Source of the DNA: Leidyana gryllorum EB-2025a
Taxonomy: Eukaryota; Protista; Apicomplexa
NCBI GenBank assembly: GCA_048772705.1
Contig: JBLWGC010000230.1
Span: 1,116,001-1,180,000, forward strand
Length of the DNA stretch: 64,000 nucleotides
Direction: 5' to 3'
The notes beneath the pieces were generated by a model. That model made no database searches. It saw nothing but the letters and a program-made list of their open reading frames with translations, and had not been told where the DNA came from. Shown here piece by piece: positions 50,165 to 62,950 of the stretch. The stretch's first letter is position 1; each line of letters opens with the position of its first letter. The translations under genes were made by a program, and so were the position numbers.

Positions 50165-53100
50165 ATGGGCCAAGGTAAAAACAAAAATCCTGACTTGTGA
50201 CAGATATGAGGCGCCCCGAGCCGCCCCTACAGCTGGCTATGGCTGAGGTCTACGAAAGCCGAGTGTGGGTAGAACATCCTGAACTTGGCTTCGCTCCTGG
50301 TAGAATTGTTCGGGATGTCGCTTCTGAACAGGATGTTGTCGTCGAAGCACTTGACGGTACTCAGTACCGTGTGCCGCGCGGAACCTGCCCTCCCATCCAC
50401 CCTAATAGTCTCTTAGGAGTCCCTGACCTTCTGGAGCTGGGAGAGTTCTCGCTTGCGGCCCTCTTACACAATGTGCGTGTTCGTTACGAAAAAGGGGAGT
50501 ACTACTCCTCGATTGGACTTCCGATCTTGATCTCTGTGAACCCCTACAAGCCATTACCGCACCTGTACGATGCTGCCACTCGTAGACGGTACCAGTCGGC
50601 ACAGTTCTTGTTGCTTTCCCCTCCCAGTACTCATAGGACGCCCAAATCCAATTCGTCCGCCCCGTCTCCTAGGTCGCCTTTGCTCTTCGCCGACAATCCC
50701 CATCTCTTCGGGACCGCTCAAATGACTTATAGCTCCCTCATGCGCAATAATCAAGCCCAATCCATTGTAGTATCAGGCGAATCTGGAGCGGGCAAGACAG
50801 AGGCGACCAAGATTCTCTTGCGATACTTCTCCGAGTTAGATGATGGGAACGGTATGGCTACTCCGAAAGCCACAACTGTATCACCGTTCGTGCTGGTTGG
50901 CCCTAAACTGAGATCATCCGCGGGCTCGGCGGGCCGGTCTCCCCTGGCGCTCAGTAAGAGTCCGACATCCCAAGCGGCACCTCACGAGCACATTTCGATT
51001 GAACTGCACGCTTTGCGCTCGAACCCCATCCTGGAAGCTTTTGGCAACGCCAAGACGCTGCGCAACGACAATTCCAGCCGCTTCGGCAAATTCATTCAGA
51101 TCTTCTTCGATCTCAAGAACCGGCGACGCATCCGCAAAGCCAAGATCTCTCATTATCTGTTAGAAAAGTGCCGACTTGTCAGCTTGCACCCACAAGAGCG
51201 TAACTACCACGTTTTCTATGCACTGCTCTATGGTGGCCGACAGTCGTATTACGACAAATTGGAGCAATGGGACCTTCTCGATGACACGGTCTTCTGCAGA
51301 ATGTTGGGTGACGAACCACTGGGTAAGTGACCAAACACGTGTGCTAATGTCTCCCACAATGCTCTATGTGTGCAGATGTGTCGGAAGTTGAGGTCTTTGA
51401 CGAGCTGGTGTCCTGTATGCTGAGCGTTGGTTTTGACCAGGAGGAAGTGGATCAGGTTTTCGAACTGATTGCTGGGCTATTGCATCTCTCTACGCTGGAG
51501 TTCGAAGACGTCCATTCTTCAGCTGCGACTTACAATGCTGACGTTCCGCTGACGCGGCCTGTGGAGGGCAGAGTCGTTGAGCGGTGTGCACGTCTCTTCG
51601 GTTTGACCAAAGCTCCTCCCTACGGTCTTCGGGGCCCCAATTCTGCCCCGCGTAGTCCTCTTGAGAGCTTTTTGGACATTTTCTTGTGGGGAAGAGTGCG
51701 CGACGCAACTGGAAGTGGGAGTATAATCCCGACCAAACGAGATGCTAATGGCGCGCGGTATCTTCGCGATGCCATCATCAAAGAAGCCTATTCGCGCCTC
51801 TTCGAATGGCTTGTCCGCAAGATCAACCTCACACTGTGTAGTAAGGAGGAAGCCGAGCGTAGAGCTCCGCGGAAGAGCACGGCCCGTATAATGGAAGGAC
51901 TTAGAGAGACGCCCGGAATGAGGGGGGCAGCCGCGGCGGTCGGCGGTCTTTTGGGACGCGACATTGGAATGACGAGTTCCTCTCCCCCTATTGGACTGCT
52001 TGATATTTATGGTTTCGAAGTGTTCGAAGGACGGAACTCCTTTGAACAGTTATGTATCAATTACGCCAATGAAAAGTTGCAGCAGCACTTTAATCACCAC
52101 GTGCTCAGTTTGGAGCAGAAGACTTACAAGGAAGAAGGTATCCAATGGAATGACATAGCATTTGCTGACAACAAGCATATCATTGATGCTCTTGAGAACA
52201 AATTAGATGGCGTATTCAGTTTGCTGGACAGTGCGACACTCGCTCCTCAGGCTGATGAATCTTGGTTCTTAAGAGAACTCGAAGGGACTCGCCACCGCGA
52301 AGTGGTCGGTCTTCCGTCTCTCAAGTCTGGACGGCGACGGTGTATGGTGGTCCGTCACTATGCTGGAGATGTGGAATACACAGTCGATGCCTTTGTGGAG
52401 AAGAACAAAGATAAATTGAGCCATGATGTATCATATTACTTTGGAATGTGCAGTACTTCCCGCCTCCTGCAGGCCCTGTTTCCGCCCGTTAACACTCACT
52501 TCAGCACCCGTACCAATTCTCTGAAGGCGACTGTCAGTCTCGAGTTCAGAACTCAGCTGTCGGGGCTGCTGACTTCGTTGACATCCACAACACCCACCTA
52601 TGTTCGCTGTATTAAGCCCAATGGCCTTAAGCAACCCCATCTGTTTGATAGTCTCGATGTGCTTCGACAGCTAAAGTATGCTGGTCTGCTCGAATCTATC
52701 AGAATCCGTAACAGCGGGTTCGGTGTGAGATGCACTTTCGACGAGTTCTTGGACAAATATGCCCTCCTCGACCCAGTTGCACGAACAACATGGCGAAAGG
52801 CCCGCCCTGACCTCAGCTTGATGGACAAGGCCCGCTTGTCAACCCGGATTCTGGATTCGATACTGCCGCAATCCTCTGCCCCTGAGTCCACCACAGTCAG
52901 CGAAACCCACAGCAGCGCTAATCGGTCCTTGCGTAGCTCTTCACCCCAAGCGCGTGCATGGCAAACGGGTCAAACGCGGGTGTTTATGAAGGAAGAAGTC
53001 CAGATCCATCTCGAAAAATGCCGGACTCAGGTGATGAGCGACAATGCCATACGTATCCAAGCCCGTTGGCGGTCTCGCTACACTCGGCTTATTTATCTAC

Positions 53101-55499
53101 GCAGTCGGGAAGCCATAATCCGACTACAACGGAGCTGGCGTCACAGACGTGCGTTCAAGAGGATCATGGCTGTACTGCGATACAATCTGGCCTACATCAA
53201 AGTGAAGCGATGGCTGAGATGGATGATCTTGCGGAAGCGACGGCTGCGGGCCCGTCGTGGCGCCGTCCGGATCCAAAGGTTCTGGCGTCGCTGTCTGTTG
53301 GAGCGTCAGATGCGAGAGATGCTTTCGGCCGAGGGTGACGAGAGCGGCTTGGCCGATGAAGATATTGCCTCTGCGGGTCGCGATGAGGACAGACGTACGG
53401 ACACTAATGTCAACGGCAAGATGTCCGCTCACGGTGGAGGCAGAATCTCTACCAATGCTGGGGGAGGCTCCGCTCAGACACGGCGTTCACCGCGCTTCCA
53501 GGCCGAGGATGCAAGTTTGTCGCCTCGGGAGCGGCAAAACCGGTCCCGTGGGATCAGTCTGGAAGAGTCGAGTCTGGCGAGTGTGGCAGCCCGGCACCGC
53601 CACCGCAGTTGCGAACGTCGCAAGAGACGCAACACTATGGCCGAGGGCCGCCTGCGAAGACTGGACACGGCCACTCACGCCAAACCTCGTCGTGAACGCA
53701 ACCCCGAGCTGGATCTGTTCAACCGAGAGCGAGAGAATCAGCGCACGATAACTTCACTGAGGGCGCAGGTGAGTGATTTTTGCCTCTGGCGCTGGATCGT
53801 TGTCATATATCAATCGTAGAACGATGCACTCGCCTTGGCCCTGAAAGAGGCACAGAGAGATTTGGACCGCAAGAAGAAGGAGGTTGAGAAGCTGAATACA
53901 GATGTGAAACGTGAAGCTGACCTGGCAGATTGTCTGACCCGGATGCACAACGAAGCCGTCACCAGCAACGGGGTGCTACAAAACCGTTTGAGGAAAGCTC
54001 GACGCCAATTGGACGACTTGGCGAGGGTGTTGAACGATCTTTACGTAAGCGACAACCTGAATATCTCCCCAATTTAAATCGTCTTGGCTCGACAGACTAT
54101 CTCGTATCAAGACCGATGGCGCGCGGCTGCATCGTGTTGTATAGATGTGGCCAACTTTCTGAAAGTGGTGCGACTACACGCAACACGCATCAGAGAACAT
54201 CTTTATGAGATCGACAACATCTTCGAGGAGGCCGTCTATCCAGCCTATCCAGCAAGTGCATCCCGTGAGTTCGGCACGAGCGCTGTGCACACCTGTTCAG
54301 GCGGGGGGGGCGGTGCATACCCTGCGATGAGTCCTGAAGAATGTTACAGCGACGGAATGTATTGTGATGGCTATGCTCGCCCATGCGATCCCAGCATGGG
54401 CTGTGAGTACGATGCGCCTTACACCACAGAGTTTCATGATGCAGGCCCGATGGTGCCTCCCACTATGTATCCTCCTCCACAAGTGGGGTGGAATAGCACG
54501 ACCATTCGAGCTGGAAGCCCCATGTACCCACCAATGGATATGGTACAAGACTATGCCTATCAGAGAATGCAAAGACCCCATCATCGACACAGTCTCAGCC
54601 AGAGTCGTGGATACGATCCAGGTGTAAATCCCGCCGAAACCGAGTACTTGGGCCACGTAACTTCTCAGTGCGGCAGAATGCAAGCCGATATCCAAAGCAG
54701 CGGCGCAGGTAGCGCACGTCTTTGCCAACACGGCAGCGAGCTGCCGACGCACCGTGGATACTCCTCAACTTCTACTCGTTTCGGGCAGTACCAGGCCGAG
54801 CATCAGGGAGTCGTTCTGAGTGATGCGAGCCGGTATGGGATGGGCAGCCGAGCTTACCACCAAGCAACTCTGCCGCGATCCTCCAGCCGGGGCAGCAGAG
54901 AAGATCTCACTCCCAGCCAACACGACCGAGTACTCAGCTGCAATCTGCCTTCCATGGACCCGTCTCGAGCCTATCATCCGCAAGCGAGCTCTGATGAAGC
55001 CCCCAACCCGCACCACAGAGTCTACCAGACCGGAAGCGCCATGACAATGTCCAAACCTCCCAAATCTGCTCGCCAAACACCTTCCCACCGCGTCTCCAAC
55101 TCAATGAGACTGCCTCAACAACGATATGACGACAGCGCACAACCTACTTCGCGACTTCCTCCCTCCTCTCGAACCTCGCGTAAGTCGCTCCAGACTTCAC
55201 CGGGACGCAAATCCTCACCTCAAGGTCCCATCGTGGTCCAACCCCTCAAGGCCAACAGCCCGTTCAACTTCCTCGATGGCAAACTACTCGCAGGAGAGAA
55301 CTCGGCCACCAGCAGCACCATCTCTCACACCAAGCGCTGCATACAAAGGGGAGTTCACGGTAATATGTTCCTCTCCAATCTACCGTCCCCCATCGATCCT
55401 CCTCCTGACTTGGAGTATCTCAAGCAGGCACGCACCTCCAGCGATCCAGTCAGCTCTGACAGTAGTAATTCCGATGTAGGCCATCCCGATATTAAATAG
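50165..55499 (+). CDS. Myosin heavy chain (motor, IQ motifs, coiled coil, low-complexity tail); class undetermined
   Basis: ISVNPY, GESGAGKT, LEAFGNAKT..NDNSSRFGKF, LDIYGFE, FEQLCINYANE, RCIKPN; IQARWR/LQRSWR/IQRFWR; several short introns. Confidence 0.95.
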
Positions 55500-55585
55500 T
55501 TAGTTGTTACATCTCCGATGCATGGGAACACTCAATGTAGAAGAACACCCTCTCAATGAACCCAATCGGAACTCTGTAGTTTTTC

Positions 55586-56260
55586 ATGCTGGCGCGCAAG
55601 ATCCTAAATCACATAAGGGCCGCCTCAACGCTGCTGGCTGGGCCCGTAACCTGCCCAGGCCCGCTGGAGTCGGACGAGCCCCCTCCGCCGCCCTCAACAA
55701 CTGCTGTGCCTCACGTCACCCCGCCACCAGTACCCCCCAAAGGCGATGATATCTTGAGCTCAAGCAACACCACAGAGATCCCAGATCGATCGAGTGTCCA
55801 ATCTTCAAACAGTATGCTGCAGCTGCTGCAATTGGTATGCCCACACCAACACACAAACTCTTATGCAACTCATTATAACCACTCAGGAATCTGATCATCT
55901 AAGAGCTGAACTGAAGTTACTAGACAAACTACACGCTCAACTCGATAAGCAACGAAGCCATTTGGAACGATCCGCACGCCAAATCAAGTCACGCTGCCGC
56001 GAAGTAGAGGCTCAACGTCGTGTCCTTGCGTGCGAAAATGAAGGATTGGCCAATCGGCTAGAAGCTATCGAGGATGGGATCAACAGAGTTACAGCCACGT
56101 ACAACAAACTCGAGGTAATGCCGGCCCTTTTCTCATCCGCGAGAAGCCATCACTGCAGGATGCCGCTATCTATGAGGCACTGAATTCAAGTAGCAGCACT
56201 GTGCGAGAGCAAGCAGCGTATGTCTGCGGTGCACTGCGTCGCAGCACGTAAACATCAATT
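55586..56260 (+). CDS. Small coiled-coil hypothetical protein, multi-exon
   Basis: ORFs 55586 and 55794 with a likely intron at ~55835-55887; heptad-rich segment; end uncertain. Confidence 0.45.
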
Positions 56261-56346
56261 GTAGTTAGACATAACATCAGATTCCAAAATTTTTTCCACA
56301 TTGGAGGTCTTTTGAGCGTCCAGACGTACCTACGGCAGGCTAGAAA

Positions 56347-57004
56347 ATGAAGGGCAAGACTGTGATGACCGATTCTTCGATGCAGATGAAGGTAAGCTTC
56401 AATATTGGATAACATACACATCTTTCGTACGCTCTTCAGCTGCATCAGTACATCGTGACTGGCCGTCATCTGCCCACCGAGGCCAACCCCGAGCCCGAGG
56501 TCTTCCGTATGCGAGTTTTCGCTCGTGACGAGATCGTTGCCAAGTCTCGCTTCTGGTAAGAATGAAAGGTATCCTGTCCTTCCACACGATTCTTCCCCCT
56601 ATAGGTACTTCATGAAGAAGCTCCAGCGGGCTAAGAAGGCCAACGGTGAGGTCCTCGATGTCCAGCGCGTCCAGGAGAAGGGCAACAAGGTCAAGAACTA
56701 CGCCGTCTGGCTCCGTTACGATAGCCGTACCGGTACCCACAACATGTACAAGGAATACCGTGACATCTGTCAAGAGGGTGCCATCAGCCAGATGTACTCT
56801 GAGATGGCCGGCCGTCACCGTGCTGCCAGCTGCTCCATCCAGGTCATCAAGGTTGCCGCTATCAGACCTGAGCAATGCCGTAGAACCCACATCACCCAAC
56901 TCCAGGGTAATGTGAAGTTCCCTCACATCGCCAGACTCCCCATGGCCCCCAAAGCCCTGAAGAAGACCTTCGTCGCCACCCGCGCCAAGACCTACTTCAG
57001 CTAG
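56347..57004 (+). CDS. RPL18A: 60S ribosomal protein L18a (eL20)
   Basis: Spliced MK|[19 protein letters not shown]...AKSRFW|YF; [24 protein letters not shown]. Confidence 0.96.
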
Positions 57005-57099
57005 ACACTGTCTTCAATCTTCGCCGTCGTTGGTACTCGTCAGGGAGAAAACTAAGCACAGTATATCGCTCGCTCATTCATCTATCCCGCTCGCTCACC

Positions 57100-58227
57100 T
57101 TCCCATCCATGCACTGGGCCGAAATCGTCCGCGTACAGAGTGGTATGTTTCGCCAGAGCGTCACGTTCCAATGCTTGTTTCTCGGCCGTGATGGACGGCA
57201 TCATTCTGGAGGCGATTTTGGGGTAGCCCCTACTTTCGACTCACAAGTTCAAATGCGAAAAGCTGCCAGTGGCTACGTCATCTATACTCACCACCGACGG
57301 TAGCCCGCTGAGCATCGATCGTAAGCCCAGAGCCAAACCGCGTTGGTAATCGGGGGTCGGTTCTTTCCTGGCCAGTATCTGGCATACTAATGAGGTTCCC
57401 AGAACTGCAGCGAAACCGCTCTCATCAGCACAATGGTTCTTTCACATACCCTGCATAGCTTTCTTGCCATATGGCCGGGAGTATAAAGTGTGCAGGTGCC
57501 GGAGAGCAAATGTGGCTTTTTGACCTCCGGAAAGCACTCTGGTATTCATGTTGAGAACATCTGCAACCGTTCGAGAAATCTCAACCATTCCTAAGGAAAG
57601 CTAGATGCCATTGACGACGTGCCCCTACTGAAGAGTTTGTCAAAGGCGCAGCCAGCAATATTGATAGCTGTATCTGCCACGCACGTTGGTCCCTTCCCTA
57701 ATTTGAGACCGAGGCCGGTAACTATGCCTTCTAAGGTGTTCGTAAGGCCTTCGATTTGGGGTACCCATTTTGGATCTAACTAAGGCTTTAGTCGCAATTG
57801 GATCTGTGCTCTAACTCACTGGGGCCACCTCCTCTTCGACTTCTGGGACGGTCACTAAAGCCATCGTAGGAATCGTGAAAGACAAAGCTGCAGTCGTTGT
57901 AGTTGTAACCTTCGGTTTAGTTGTAGTCTTGGTCGTGGAGACAGGCGGGGCCTTAGTGGTTGTCGTGGACTTCATCATCGGCTGTGGATGCTTAACAGCT
58001 ATTTGAGGAGGATTCATCGGCTGGGGTCCCGGCACCAAATCCGGAGCGTCTTCCAGGAGCTGTTGGGCTGCCTGAGACATTTCTTGCCGCACATAGGCAG
58101 GGGGCGCTGTCGAGCTTTCACACTCAACGGTCCCATGAGGCACGAGTGAAGACGGGGTGAGTGGGTACCGAAGGTGGAGACAAGAAGCAGGAGCCACTAG
58201 AAAGCACCATAGCAATGAAGCCCCCAT
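57100..58227 (-). CDS. Secreted protein with a Thr/Pro-rich mucin-like stalk, multi-exon
   Basis: Signal peptide; poly-Thr tracts; GTGAGT donor at ~57819 splices in frame to LDPKWVPQIEG...; 3' end approximate. Confidence 0.55.
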
Positions 58228-58323
58228 TCATCAGGAGACACACGATTTCGCGCACACACACATATAGGCATAACCGATTGGGGAATGGACAGAGTTGAAT
58301 GTTAGTCAGACGTGGTGTTGGTC

Positions 58324-61300
58324 TCAGCGCAGCTCCTTCCCCGGAGCTGGTAGAGTGAAAAACTCACTCAGGTAGCAGCCGTTCGATCGGAGAGCATCGA
58401 ACAAATGCCTCAGTGTCATCATGTGAATTGAAGTAAGAAAGATGAGATGATAGAGTGATAATGAATCTGGTATTTTTTGTGCCCGGTTGTTCGGCGACAT
58501 AACGGCCACTCGGTCATACGACAGGTACGGGTACTTTAACATTACCCATCGCAGGGAACATGTCTACGAAAGCCTGCGAGTCTATGTCTGCAGTGCGTAA
58601 GAGTGCTTCTTCTTGCAGAGTGGTGGTAGTTGCTTTTGGATAAGGTGCATGGTCGTAGACCGTATGGCTTTGTGCGACTGGATCTGTGTGGATCTTGGGT
58701 GTTTGCCAGGTGCCAAAGCTCAAAGGATTAGGGAAGATTCCGGCGATGTAGCCTGCACACGGCCATGGCGCACTGCATTCGAGAGCAAAGGCTTTCTTCT
58801 CATCAAAGCTCATGAGATCTGTTGAGGCAGGTCCTGGACACGGTCCCTGCAGTCGGTGAATGCTAGAGGTTTGAGTGGAGAGCTGTTCATACCTGGTACC
58901 ATTTGGGTGGCCAACAAAGTTTGGATTGATACTCTGAAGCCCCTTTCTTAAATTTCCATTTCCAAGGACAAGGCTGAGACCAGTCCATCTCACAATGATC
59001 TACGCACGGCCATGGCAGGCCACATCGTCTACCATAGCTTCTACGGGTTTTAGCACTCCACCCGGCCACGCTGAATTCTGTTACACCACAAAGGTTGCCG
59101 AGATGGTCAGGAGGAGCGACGCATTTGGACTTTTGATACGTCCAATCCATTGGACATTTTGGTTTGAAATTCTCAATGCATTGACCATTACAGGGCCATT
59201 TGACCCCACATAGATCTTCCAGCTGCATTCTTCCACTAATATCAGTTGGTATGTTGAGTACTTTGAGATCTTTCCGTTTGATAGTTTTGTTCAATACCTC
59301 GTCCGCGGCTTCCACCATCGCATCTGCCATGTGGGAATGGGAGGTGGTGAGGTCGGGACATTTTGTTTTCCAGGATGTGGACGCACAGAGATGTCCTCCA
59401 ATCAGTTCTGCGGGGGTCTCAATGGGGAGTAGGACCCACTCAATTGGGCATGCGGCGGAGTAATTTGGTTCGCAAGAAGCAACGTAGCACGGCCACTCCT
59501 GACCACACATGGCGGCTGTACGCGACAAGTTGTTTCAAGAGAGGGGAGCTCAGTTCTTTGTCACTCACCGTGAGCTCGTCGTTGCCCGGGACTCATAGAT
59601 CCGAAATCGATCTTTCTCTCACATCCCTCCGGAAGCTCCATCCAGGGGGGTGCTACGCACATTCCATCAAGTTGGCGGAGCCACTCCTATGCGACAGTGT
59701 GATTGGGCCCGCTGTTCTCCCCCGCTCACACTCACCTCGGGGCAATACGGTCGAACAAAGTCTCTAACGCATGTCAGACAGGGCCAGCGGTATCCGCAGT
59801 TGATTTCTGCTTGCCTTTTATCTGCTTCTGACCAATCTGTAGTGTCCATAATGGGTGTGTCACACTTGGGCAGTGTTGGTGTCATGACTGAGGTGGGTAC
59901 ACAGAGTGTCCCAGCGAGAGTAGTATCTGTTCAGTCAAAGCTTTGTGTCGCATGTGAGACTGTTTATAACTTACCTAAGGGGCAGGGGGCGCTGTAATCT
60001 CTTTTGCAGCTGAGTGGTTTCAGATGATTGGATTCCGCTTCTTCCGCGAATATTCTCTCCATCCATTCAGCTTCCTGTTCAGTACGTTGATCTATTTCCT
60101 TGGGCAAACCCGATCCGATGAAGGGTAAGGCGCGCTTTAATTTCTGCTTGGCTTTGGTGGTGGAGCTGAACAGTCCTAACTCCTCCGGGGTTGGCTGTCC
60201 TTCAGAGCCTCGCCACTGTTGAGTCTTCTTGGAGCCAAACAAACCTCCAATAAAGCTGCTATCCAGCTCGAGAAAGGACTGTGGAAGGTGCAAACCCTCT
60301 GGTGGGAGAATAATCGCAGGATCGGGTACAATTGAACCGTTCTCGCTACTGACGGGACCATAAAGGTAGGGATGGGGCCCGCGATTGAGATGAGGCGTGA
60401 TGGGAGCTCGGTGGGGTGCCACTGGCTGAAGACTCTGGGGAGGGCTTGGGGCCTCGGGAGGTCGCGCGTTTGGTTGGGGTTTGGGGATGGGGGCACAGGG
60501 CCATGGGGCTTCGCACGCAGCTGCATACACCATCTTGACCGTCGAGTTGGGTGGCTTTGGGAGTAAACGGGAGCATTTGCCGGAATATGACGGCGGGGCA
60601 GCACAAAGGTTTCCAGACTCTGACCAGTTGAGAGGACATGCCTGGGTCAAGTTAGCGGGGCATTTTGAAACCACGTGTAGACCCACGACTGAGAGCCAAT
60701 TGGTTAGAGCATTAGCGGAGGCGATCAAGTTGAATTTCTCCGGGCTCGAAGCGGTCTTCCACTTTCCAGTGTCAATTGTGTTCAGTGGTCGGGTGGCAGC
60801 GTTGATCATACCATTGATTTGTCGAAGAAAGGAGTCTGAGCGATCTCGAAATCGATTGCGTCGACGATCGCAGTCGAATTCCAATTTGCATTCATTCGCT
60901 AGTTCACAGCGTCGGGCAGGGTTACGTAGCTCAGCAATTGAGATCTGGGGAGCACACGGAGTCATATCGTACAACGGAGCCACACATAAAGATCCTCGAA
61001 CTTCCCACTTCAACGGACAAGCTGTAATATCATTATCGTCACATCGGCAAGGCTCGGCCTCTGGCCATACGACTTGACAGATATCGGCAACAACTCTCCT
61101 TCCACCTTCAGTGGCCAGCTGGAGGTCAATTTGATCACCACATACTCCCCGATAGCTCGTGGGTGCCTTGCATTGTTTTTGTGTAAGTGTCTTCCATTGC
61201 GCTGGACAGGATTGACGCCATTCTTGCCGCCCTGGCCGTTGGCATGGCCACTTCAGATCACACTCAAAGGCGATTCGCAACTTCTGCGAGGGCGTCATGT

Positions 61301-61607
61301 TTTCAGCGGGCACAGTGTCTCCACATCCACTCGACTGCGCCCACTCCGACAGAGTGCAAGTGACATTGTCCAGCATAACGCCGCCCCGCGGACATGCTTC
61401 ATCCAGAGCATACGGACATACAAACTCCTCCGGATTCAATACGTCCAGGTAGTCAACGGCGTCCTTGACGGCCGCTCTCAGCTGATCTTCCATCGCCGTC
61501 CGACTGATACGCGGGTACCACCATCGATAACGACGAACCAATCGTGGCACATTGATGAACCCCCACACCTCGGGAAACAGGGCCAGTAGGGTTAGCAATA
61601 CCCACAT
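58324..61607 (-). CDS. CPW-WPC family protein (about nine repeats), secreted or surface
   Basis: Signal peptide; repeated CPxxW...C.AP..Y.G.C...C...WPC units across exons. Confidence 0.88.
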
Positions 61608-61630
61608 TCACAGCGGATCCAAAAATCAAT

Positions 61631-62275
61631 TCAGCCACAACCCAATAACGCCAATCCTGCAGGTATTAGAAAAACAAGCAAGACGGGCACGGGCTCGGGG
61701 ATTGACTCGATCCGTATAGTCACACTCTTGTCATCATTCGGCGACTCATCAGCCTCCTCACTCCCTACCCAAACCACCTGCCCGACAGGATGTATCACAT
61801 CATCTACAACTTCCAACAATGAATTGCTCAATTGTCGATCTGCCCTTCTCGGCGACAAAGCTACCACCACCTTTTGATTCAACTTGTTACACCACTGAGT
61901 AATCTCTTTCAGACACCCAAGTAGCGTGTGTGATGTAGATAAATGGGTACGTAAGACAACTCCCGTGTAGTCTCGGGCGCTGGAGTGAGAACAAAGTAGC
62001 GAACCGAGTAACTTGGGATCACCGTCACACAGCAGCAGCCGTTTCGACTCCATGAACACCGCGACGCGCTGTTGCGCCTTCCAATTCCGTCTCTCAGCAC
62101 CACTCAACTTGTCCCATTCCTCGCTGCATCCTCCAGCTTCCACCATCACCACAGCGTCCTCCTCGAATCCGCGGGGAATTACACACTCTTCAGCAGACAG
62201 CCTCCTGTAGGCCTTGACACGTTTGCCGTGAACCCCCACTATCCACACCAGTACCACCCACCCTAACCACCACAT
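61631..62275 (-). CDS. Hypothetical surface protein (signal peptide plus C-terminal hydrophobic anchor)
   Basis: MWWLGWVVLVWIVGVHG start at 62275; C-terminal VLLVFLIPAGLALLG. Confidence 0.6.
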   Translation of the reverse strand: MWWLGWVVLVWIVGVHGKRVKAYRRLSAEECVIPRGFEEDAVVMVEAGGCSEEWDKLSGAERRNWKAQQRVAVFMESKRLLLCDGDPKLLGSLLCSHSSARDYTGVVLRTHLSTSHTLLGCLKEITQWCNKLNQKVVVALSPRRADRQLSNSLLEVVDDVIHPVGQVVWVGSEEADESPNDDKSVTIRIESIPEPVPVLLVFLIPAGLALLGCG

Positions 62276-62339
62276 ACTAAAAATATGTACTTCAAGTGCC
62301 CATCTCAACCATGCGAACTCAATACTTAATTTTTGCTCA

Positions 62340-62950
62340 ATGGACTGCCTTGTCAACCGCTATCACTACGCTATCAATCGGGCCCTTGCTTGGACTGATG
62401 CCAAACGCCAACTTCGGAAAGGTTGCCGACGCTGCGAGAATCAAGGGAATGAGGAACCCGAGAGACCACTCATCGATGCAGACACCAGGAATGTGATTTC
62501 CAAGATTGTTGCGACTGGAGCGGCCAACGCCACTGTTGCTTTTGCTATGCGTTTTGGGACCGATATCGCTTTCAACTGTCGAAGCGCTCTCAAAAAGCCC
62601 AAGGTACTGGTTCGCTCGGCCACTCGAGCTGCTAATGATGCACTCTTCATTGGCGTCGCCACGTCGGCCATCGATGAAGTGCTTCTCAAAGTAAGTAAGG
62701 ATGGGATTGATGGATGTCGACCGTCCCTTTTCCACAGTACCGAGGTAACGAGCACGCGAAGAGTAACTCGATTCTGTCGGGCGGATTGGCCGGAGCCTTG
62801 GAGGCCCGTAAAGGTGAGTCTATCCCAGCATCCTGTCATCCTCAGTCAGAGGGATTGTCATCAATGATAATCGGGAGTGGCCGAGGAGCGGCCACCGCTT
62901 GGCTTCTGTACAGTGTGTGGGGTGCGAACATGGATCCTTCAACAGTCTAG
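62340..62950 (+). CDS. Tim17/Tim22/Tim23-family membrane protein
   Basis: Spliced YRG...NSILSGGLAGALEARK|EGLSSMIIG matches the family R..ED..N...GG..GA pattern; introns at ~62691 and ~62814. Confidence 0.7.

Noticed and set aside
57005-57810. Apparent ORF-free gap as an ncRNA locus
   Set aside because: Explained by short minus-strand exons continuing the mucin-like gene
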